Below are positions 56,193 to 64,000 of a stretch of DNA of 64,000 nt, in pieces. The stretch's first letter is position 1. Each line of letters opens with the position of its first letter. Origin of the DNA: an uncultured Candidatus Saccharibacteria bacterium (GTDB lineage Bacteria; Patescibacteriota; Minisyncoccia; Phycocordibacterales; UBA2100); assembly GCA_964623775.1 (NCBI GenBank), contig CAZUVH010000004.1, positions 12,280 to 76,279 on the forward strand, written 5' to 3'. A program made the translations under genes and the position numbers. Under the pieces are notes generated by a model. The model was not told the DNA's origin, ran no database searches, and saw only the letters and a program-made list of their open reading frames with translations.

Positions 56193-56381
56193 TCACCGGC
56201 GAGGGTGAAAATCGTCGTCGTCGAAACCGTCGTCGTCGAAGGCACTTTCGGTGCGAAGTCTGTCCATCTCCGCCCAGCCGCGTTCGATCGCAGCATCTTC
56301 TGCCGCCTGAGTCGGGAATCGGCGACGATGTTCCAGTATTTCCTCCTGAAGGCGCGTATCGGGATCTCGGGGACCGGACAT
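56193..56381 (-). CDS. Small acidic hypothetical protein (cassette 1)
   Basis: SD AAGGAGGAG; 62 aa. Confidence 0.65.
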   Translation of the reverse strand: MSGPRDPDTRLQEEILEHRRRFPTQAAEDAAIERGWAEMDRLRTESAFDDDGFDDDDFHPRR

Positions 56382-56508
56382 GTGGCTCTCCTCCTTTTTT
56401 GGTACCACATTTCGATACTCAAGTTTTTTATTGAGTATCGAAATGTGGGCAGGATCGCATTCGCGATCCTGCCAACGGTAATGTACTGAAAGTTCAGTGC
56501 AGGCGGGC

Positions 56509-57066
56509 TTACGCAGCCAGCCGCGGCTTCTTCTTGGCGCCGAGACACCGCTGCACTGCTGCAGCGAAGTCTGCGTTGCAACGGAGCGTCTTCATTTGTG
56601 CTGCGAGCGTGTAGACGCCGATGCGCAGACGCCGATGCCGGCCCGGGTTCAAGATCCGCTCAGTTTTCGCGGACATGAGGCGGCTCCTCGTCCGTTTCAC
56701 CAGACCCCAGCGGAGATTCTTCGGAGCCGCAAGGCGCCTCCGCTCCATCTCCTCCTTCATCCAGTCGGCGGCCATTTCATCTTCCCAGCGCTCCTCCTCC
56801 TCGCGACGCCAGTCAGAGATGTTGTCGTCGTACTTGTTGCGAGGACGCATACTCTGCAGGTCGATCATGTCGAAGCCGTCATCGTCGTCGTCCACTTCAG
56901 CCTCGTCCTCCGAATCCTGCATCAGGAACGGGGGAGCGTTCTCGGCCCAGTTGACGGTGAAGTCGGGCCGATCAACTTCGAAGTCGAAGAGGTCGTCGAG
57001 CGGGGGAAGGCTCTTCAGCAAGCTGCAGCCATCCGCGAGTTCAAGGTGCGTGCTCCAAATCGTCAT
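56509..57066 (-). CDS. Hypothetical protein, acidic N-half and basic C-half (cassette 2)
   Basis: SD AGAGGAG; 185 aa. Confidence 0.65.
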   Translation of the reverse strand: MTIWSTHLELADGCSLLKSLPPLDDLFDFEVDRPDFTVNWAENAPPFLMQDSEDEAEVDDDDDGFDMIDLQSMRPRNKYDDNISDWRREEEERWEDEMAADWMKEEMERRRLAAPKNLRWGLVKRTRSRLMSAKTERILNPGRHRRLRIGVYTLAAQMKTLRCNADFAAAVQRCLGAKKKPRLAA

Positions 57067-57224
57067 AGTCTTTCTCCTCTAATGACGAATCATATGCCCC
57101 GTGTCCGGGCGGTTTTACTCCACTTGTGTCCTTACACTAAGGTCCACATTTCGATACTCAATTGTGTTCCATTGCTTGAATGTGGGGACGAGGGGCGTGA
57201 TACGCGGCTCCTCGTCCCATGTCG

Positions 57225-57410
57225 TCAACGAGTGTAGATCTCGTCGAGCGGGACAACCCGTCCCTTTGCTCTGCGCTCGACCTCTTGATCGAGATCGTTG
57301 CCCTCTTGATCGTCGAGGGTGCGAGAGACGATACGCGTCCTTTCACCCTCGCGGATGAATGAGCGATGTCTCGCAGAGGTCTTCATCGGTTTCCGATTCG
57401 TGTTCTTCAT
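57225..57410 (-). CDS. Small hypothetical protein (cassette 3)
   Basis: AAGGAAG before ATG; 61 aa; start uncertain. Confidence 0.5.
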   Translation of the reverse strand: MKNTNRKPMKTSARHRSFIREGERTRIVSRTLDDQEGNDLDQEVERRAKGRVVPLDEIYTR

Positions 57411-57494
57411 CAAAGTACTTCCTTGGGTATTGTTTCGCGTGCGCGAAACTGTGGTCACCTCCATGGCTTCCACATTCAAACAATGGAACTCTTA

Positions 57495-57938
57495 TTATTC
57501 AGTTTTCAAAGTTCTTTCAATCTTCCGCTTTTCTTCGCGTGCGCGTATGGTACTACGTTTATCGCCTTTTTTCTTACCCCGGGCGATTGCGATACTGAGT
57601 TTCAAATTCCTTCCTTTATTATACACCGAAATAGGCACTATTGTCAACCCTTTTTCACCCTCCGCCGAGGCTACGCGGGCTATTTCCTTGGTATTGAGGA
57701 GGAGCCTTCGGCTGCGCTCGGGATCATAAGAATCTGGTGCGTTTTTGACCTGCCATGCGGGGATGGTCGCGCCTACGAGATACACTTCGCCGCCACGTGC
57801 GACCACGCGCGCGCCCTTGAGTGACCCCAGCCCGGCGCGCAAAGAGCGCACTTCGAGGCCGAGCAATTCCAAGCCCGCCTCGATGGTCTCGAGGATCTCG
57901 TAATCAAACCCTACCCGGTTGTTCTCAATAAGATTCAT
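57495..57938 (-). CDS. smpB: SsrA-binding protein
   Basis: EAGLELLGLEVRSLR, RRLLL, ARGKK.GDKR. Confidence 0.96.
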   Translation of the reverse strand: MNLIENNRVGFDYEILETIEAGLELLGLEVRSLRAGLGSLKGARVVARGGEVYLVGATIPAWQVKNAPDSYDPERSRRLLLNTKEIARVASAEGEKGLTIVPISVYNKGRNLKLSIAIARGKKKGDKRSTIRAREEKRKIERTLKTE

Positions 57939-57957
57939 GTGTCCCAGAGTCGTGGTC

Positions 57958-57997
57958 GCCTGCCCCGTAGCCAAGGCGGAGCCTTGTGGTACTGGGG
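57958..57997 (+). repeat. REP-like palindrome (GCCTGCCCCGTAG family)
   Basis: GCCTGCCCCGTAGCCAAGGCGGAGCCTTGTGGTACTGGGG. Confidence 0.75.
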
Positions 57998-58097
57998 TTA
58001 CTTATCAGACTCATGTCCACAACTATACCGTATTGCAACGCCTCAGTGCGCGCTACTCTGAAGAGAGGATCATTTACTCAAAGAAAAGTGAGAGGAG

Positions 58098-59072
58098 GTG
58101 AGTAGCGTGAAGGTGATCGAGGACACCCTCATCATCGGCGACGAGCAGGTCATTCGAAATCGTTTTTACGAAAAACCGCTCGGAAAGAACGGCGTGGAGA
58201 TCGTCACTGCAGGGGTATATCCCGGTGGCGCAAAGTCTGGCCGCACGATGGCCGAGTGGTTGTATGCGTGCTCGTCGGTCGGGATTCTCCCGGAAGATGA
58301 GGCGATTGCCACGTCGTCGGGTTCGTACAATAAGGTCGCGGACATGGCGGGGCAGATGCATATTGTGCCCGACGTCTATGAAAAGATGTCGTGGTTCAAT
58401 CCCGAGATGCTCTGGAATATGTGGATGAATCGCGATTACAGTGGCCTTGAGTATCTGCGCGCAAATCTCATCAAGCGGCTCGATGTCGAGGCGTTCTTGA
58501 AATCCAAGACGAATCTCACGATCGCCGTCGCTGACATGGACGCGAATGCGCGGCTCTTTAATGCCAAGGACCCGCACATCAATATTTTCGATCTCATGTT
58601 TGCATCTTCGGCCTTGTATCCGCTTGCGCAGCCGATCGAGATCAAGGGCGAGAAATTTGTGGACGGCGGATATACGCGCGACAGCGCTGTCGCCAAGTGG
58701 CGACGAAGGCTGCGACGCCGGTTTCCGCGCAAGCGGGAGATCGAGACGCTCTACGTGGCGAATCGACCCCATCCGCAGCACGCACATCCGTGGGAGGATT
58801 GGGTTTTCAACTGGCTTGTGATGACGTACCTCATGCCGCGCAATCTTGCGCTCGCCGAGGGCGCTATGTCGATCCCGAAAAAGATCGAGAAAGCTGCGGA
58901 AATTTTCGAGCGGAATCCGCCGCATGGCAGGCGCTGCGCGATCTTTCCGTTGCCGGATGAAAATATTTTTCCCAATGAGTGGCGCACGAGCGTGCTTCGA
59001 AAGAGGGGAGATCTCACCCGCAGGCGAAGAGAGCGTTTCCTCAAGGCGATGAAACCCGTCATATGGGTATGA
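58098..59072 (+). CDS. Patatin-like phospholipase (divergent)
   Basis: PGGAKS, ATSSG nucleophile-like motif, ASSAL, VDGG. Confidence 0.7.
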   Translation: MSSVKVIEDTLIIGDEQVIRNRFYEKPLGKNGVEIVTAGVYPGGAKSGRTMAEWLYACSSVGILPEDEAIATSSGSYNKVADMAGQMHIVPDVYEKMSWFNPEMLWNMWMNRDYSGLEYLRANLIKRLDVEAFLKSKTNLTIAVADMDANARLFNAKDPHINIFDLMFASSALYPLAQPIEIKGEKFVDGGYTRDSAVAKWRRRLRRRFPRKREIETLYVANRPHPQHAHPWEDWVFNWLVMTYLMPRNLALAEGAMSIPKKIEKAAEIFERNPPHGRRCAIFPLPDENIFPNEWRTSVLRKRGDLTRRRRERFLKAMKPVIWV

Positions 59073-59149
59073 AGATTGCATGATCCCGTCCTTTCTTAGA
59101 AAGGGCGGGATTTCTTTTAAATAAAGCCAAAATATGTATAATGCCCCAA

Positions 59150-61069
<1,920 letters not shown>

Positions 61070-61112
61070 CCCCTTACAAAATAAAAAAACGTCCCGCATT
61101 GCGGGACGTTTT

Positions 61113-61220
61113 TCAGCGATGGAGTGCCGCCGAAACGACGGGGTTCTGTATGAAAACTGCGCAGGCCGCGATAATAACGAGTATCGACGCGCCGAGCGCC
61201 ACTTTGCTGGTCTTATCCAT
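61113..61220 (-). CDS. 35-aa single-TM peptide (not in ORF track)
   Basis: MDKTSKVALGASILVIIAACAVFIQNPVVSAALHR; SD GGGAGGT; ends at the bidirectional terminator 61085-61113. Confidence 0.5.
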   Translation of the reverse strand: MDKTSKVALGASILVIIAACAVFIQNPVVSAALHR

Positions 61221-61323
61221 GGGCTACCTCCCTGGTGCACTAGCACAATAGTAGCTGTTCGAACCCCAAGTGCAACATTATCCCCACTGTCACTTAAGTC
61301 TTGTTTGTTATACTTCGCCGAAC

Positions 61324-62460
61324 ATGAATCCTAACGACAAAAAGGCCCTCGCGCTCCACAAGAAGCTGCGCGGGAAGATTCGCATCGTGCCAGCGGCAAA
61401 GGTAAAAGATAGAAAAGATCTCGCGCTCGTCTATACGCCGGGTGTCGCAGCGGTGTCTTCACTTGTCGCTACAAATCCCGAGCTCGCCCGCACATACACG
61501 ATGAAGGGCCGTATGGTCGCCGTGGTCTCCGACGGCTCTGCGGTCTTGGGGCTCGGCAATATCGGCGCACTTGGTGCACTGCCGGTAATGGAAGGGAAGA
61601 GTGCGATCTTCAAGACGTTTGCCGATGTGGATGCATTTCCAATCGTGCTCGACACACAAAACATCGATGAAATCATCGAGACGGTCGTGCGCATCGCCCC
61701 CGCTTTTGGTGGGATCAACCTCGAGGACATCGCTGCACCGAAGTGTTTTGAGATTGAACGCAAACTCATCGAGCGGCTCGATATCCCCGTCATGCACGAT
61801 GATCAGCACGGTACCGCAATCGTCGTGCTCGCAGGTCTTGTAAACGCGCTCAAGGTCGTCGGCAAGAAACTTTCAGGTGCGCGGATCGTGATTGCGGGCG
61901 CGGGCGCTGCCGGCACGGCGATTGCGAGCCTGCTTCGCATCGCGGGCGCTGAGCGCATCATCGTGCTCGACAGTAAGGGCATCATCGGATTTCATCGCAC
62001 CGACCTTTCGCTCCACAAGAGCGAGCTTGCCGCATTTACCAATCTCGAAAATCGCCAGGGCGGATTGCGCGAGGCACTGAAGGGCGCTGACGTGCTGCTT
62101 GGTGTATCGGGTCCGGGACTTGCGAATGCAGAAGATATCCGGGTGATGGCGCCAAAGGCGATCGTATTTGCGATGGCGAATCCGACGCCCGAGATCATGC
62201 CGGACGAAGCAAAGAAGGGTGGGGCGGTCGTGATCGGCACCGGACGATCGGATTTCCCAAATCAGATCAATAACTCACTCGCATTTCCCGGCATCTTCCG
62301 CGGCGCGCTCGACAACAACGTCCACAAAATCACCAATGATATGAAAATCGCCGCAGCGTACGCAATCGCGAAGCTCGTGCCAAAACCGACTGCGAACAAA
62401 ATCGTCCCCGATATGTTCGACAAACGCGTCGCGAAAGCAGTCGCCAAAGTAATACGGTAG
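61324..62460 (+). CDS. NAD(P)-dependent malic enzyme
   Basis: YTPGVA, GLGNIG, PVMEGK, HDDQHGT, GRSDFPNQINN. Confidence 0.95.
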   Translation: MNPNDKKALALHKKLRGKIRIVPAAKVKDRKDLALVYTPGVAAVSSLVATNPELARTYTMKGRMVAVVSDGSAVLGLGNIGALGALPVMEGKSAIFKTFADVDAFPIVLDTQNIDEIIETVVRIAPAFGGINLEDIAAPKCFEIERKLIERLDIPVMHDDQHGTAIVVLAGLVNALKVVGKKLSGARIVIAGAGAAGTAIASLLRIAGAERIIVLDSKGIIGFHRTDLSLHKSELAAFTNLENRQGGLREALKGADVLLGVSGPGLANAEDIRVMAPKAIVFAMANPTPEIMPDEAKKGGAVVIGTGRSDFPNQINNSLAFPGIFRGALDNNVHKITNDMKIAAAYAIAKLVPKPTANKIVPDMFDKRVAKAVAKVIR

Positions 62461-62549
62461 CCGTATAATCGGGGCACACCGCCCGTATTTTCAATGCGGA
62501 CGGGTCGCTCGGAGAATATGAAAGCAAGCTTTCATATTGCTCCTCACTA

Positions 62550-62622
62550 CCGCCCGTAGCTCAATGGTTAGAGCACAGAGCTTATACCTCTGGGGTTCCT
62601 GGTTCGAGTCCAGGCGGGCGGA
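62550..62622 (+). tRNA. tRNA-Ile(UAU)
   Basis: Complete cloverleaf: CCGCCCG/CGGGCGG acceptor, anticodon loop CT-TAT-AC, T-loop TTCGAGT. Confidence 0.93.
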
Positions 62623-62691
62623 CAAACGTTACTTCAAGTTGGATGTGCATTTCTGGATTGCAGCTTCGCTCATGCGTGCAACAATAAGGCA

Positions 62692-64000
62692 ATGCACTAC
62701 ACACTCCGTTTTCCGCTCGCGGCCTTGCTCACCGCTCTTTGCGCGGCATTTTTCATGCCATCGATATCGCACGCGACGACCTATCAGATCGGTATGGGCC
62801 CGAATTACTTTACCTATCCGAGCATCACTATATACGTGGGGGATACGGTCACCTGGACCAACACCGACTCCACGGCGCATACCGTCACGTCGGGCAATAG
62901 CCAATTCGACGGCGGCACGATGCAGCCCGGCGCGATCTACTCGAAGACATTTACCGTGCCCGGCACATACAACTACGAGTGCACTTTGCACAATGGCATG
63001 AAGGGTGTGGTCATTGTAAAAGAAGCACCTATTGCGCCTGTGGCCACGCAAGTGAGCGCGACACAATCTTCGGCCGCTGCGAGTGACCTGCAGACAAAGC
63101 TCAACGGGCTTTTGCAGCAGCTCGCGACGCTCCAGAAACAGATCGCAACGACTCCGGCCGCTTCTTCAGGCGGATCGTGCATACAGCTCCCGCGATCACT
63201 CGCGCTCGGGATGGAAGGTGCCGACGTGACCGCGCTCCAGCAATTTCTCGCGCGAGATCCTGCCATATATCCGGAAGGCAAAGTCACCGGATACTTCGGC
63301 GCGCTCACGGAGGCGGCAGTGAAGCGCTTCCAAGCAAAAAACGGCATCGTCTCGTCGGGTACGCCGAGCACGACCGGATACGGAAGGGTGGGCCCCAAGA
63401 CGATCGGAGCTATTACGCTCGGGTGTTCTGGCACTTCGGGTGGCTCCTATAGTCCGGCGGATTCTGCCAATGATGTCGGCGGCATCGTCAAAGCAACACC
63501 GCTCACGGGCAGCGCACCGCTTCGCGTGACGTTCCAAGTGACGGTCAACATCACGAATTCGTGCGTCGGCAGAATCTACAACCTCGATTTCGGCGACGGC
63601 ACCAGTCAGCCCATTCCCTCGGTCGCTGGCGTCTGTCAGCCGCAGAGCGTCGCGATATCACACGTGTATCAATATGGCGGCGCATTCAAAGTGACACTCT
63701 CGACCGGTGAACACTCGACATTTACCACGGTGACTGTGTCGGGTGTCACGCAGCCAAACACGCAGCAATTGCCACAAGTCGCGGTCAAGATCACCGACAG
63801 CGTATTTACTCCGGCCAGTCTCTCCGTCGATCCCGGCACGATGGTCGTGTGGACCAACTCCGGCACCGTGCCGTACTCGGTCACGTTTAACAGCGGCCTC
63901 ATCGATAGCGGCTCGATCAATCCGGGACAGATGTTCTCAACACTCTTTACGCAATCCGGTACCTTCCCGTACTACTCCAAATTCCACGGCACACCCAATT
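62692..64000 (+). CDS. Secreted cupredoxin + peptidoglycan-binding + PKD-like + degenerate cupredoxin protein (runs off window end)
   Basis: Manual translation: signal peptide, AHTVT...YECTLHNGMKG type-1 copper ligands, DVTALQQFL...TGYFGALTEAAVKRFQ, DFGDG. Confidence 0.85.
   Translation, partial: MHYTLRFPLAALLTALCAAFFMPSISHATTYQIGMGPNYFTYPSITIYVGDTVTWTNTDSTAHTVTSGNSQFDGGTMQPGAIYSKTFTVPGTYNYECTLHNGMKGVVIVKEAPIAPVATQVSATQSSAAASDLQTKLNGLLQQLATLQKQIATTPAASSGGSCIQLPRSLALGMEGADVTALQQFLARDPAIYPEGKVTGYFGALTEAAVKRFQAKNGIVSSGTPSTTGYGRVGPKTIGAITLGCSGTSGGSYSPADSANDVGGIVKATPLTGSAPLRVTFQVTVNITNSCVGRIYNLDFGDGTSQPIPSVAGVCQPQSVAISHVYQYGGAFKVTLSTGEHSTFTTVTVSGVTQPNTQQLPQVAVKITDSVFTPASLSVDPGTMVVWTNSGTVPYSVTFNSGLIDSGSINPGQMFSTLFTQSGTFPYYSKFHGTPN

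Larger units (their letters stand above)
56129..57489. repeat. Array of three inverted-repeat pairs, each enclosing one ORF
   Basis: TTGAGTATCGAAATGTGG core at 56129-56147(+), 56405-56422(-), 56430-56448(+), 57144-57162(-); GTTCCATTGYTTGAATGTGG at 57166-57185(+), 57470-57489(-). Confidence 0.9.

Noticed and set aside
55467-57494. Prophage or genomic island integrated at tmRNA
   Set aside because: No integrase or phage genes and no convincing direct att repeat; the cassettes lie at the 5' side of ssrA.

Overview
A chromosomal segment from a reduced-genome bacterium, inferred to be Patescibacteria/CPR (Parcubacteria-like): no rpmD (L30) between rpsE and rplO, tRNA-Ile with a UAU anticodon, many leaderless genes, and TGA used as stop. 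(1) 1-22 kb is an accessory biosynthetic island. It has a sulfotransferase and bifunctional Sat/CysC (PAPS supply), two secreted Cys/His-motif paralogs, an HTTM/vitamin-K-carboxylase-like membrane protein, and two diverged copies of a six-gene module: SagB-type oxidase + YcaO, divergent from a secreted Gly/Ser/Cys/Asp-rich precursor peptide, a helical protein, a TPR protein and a Cys-rich surface protein. This is a candidate new RiPP/surface-modification system. (2) 22-38 kb is the rplC-to-map ribosomal cluster, broken by several inserted orphan-gene blocks. (3) 38-64 kb holds housekeeping genes (purD, ndk, rplT-rpmI-infC, lexA-dinB, smpB/tmRNA, ftsH, malic enzyme, probable 6S RNA, tRNA-Ile) mixed with unusual repeat-bounded units: a PaaX/Cas2-like gene exactly bracketed by 36-bp palindromic direct repeats, a GIY-YIG nuclease gene inside a REP-like palindrome whose empty relatives occur elsewhere, an in-frame palindrome inside dinB, three tandem inverted-repeat-bounded gene cassettes between smpB and tmRNA, and a degenerate tRNA-like RNA. 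All calls come from reading motifs by eye; no database searches were run.
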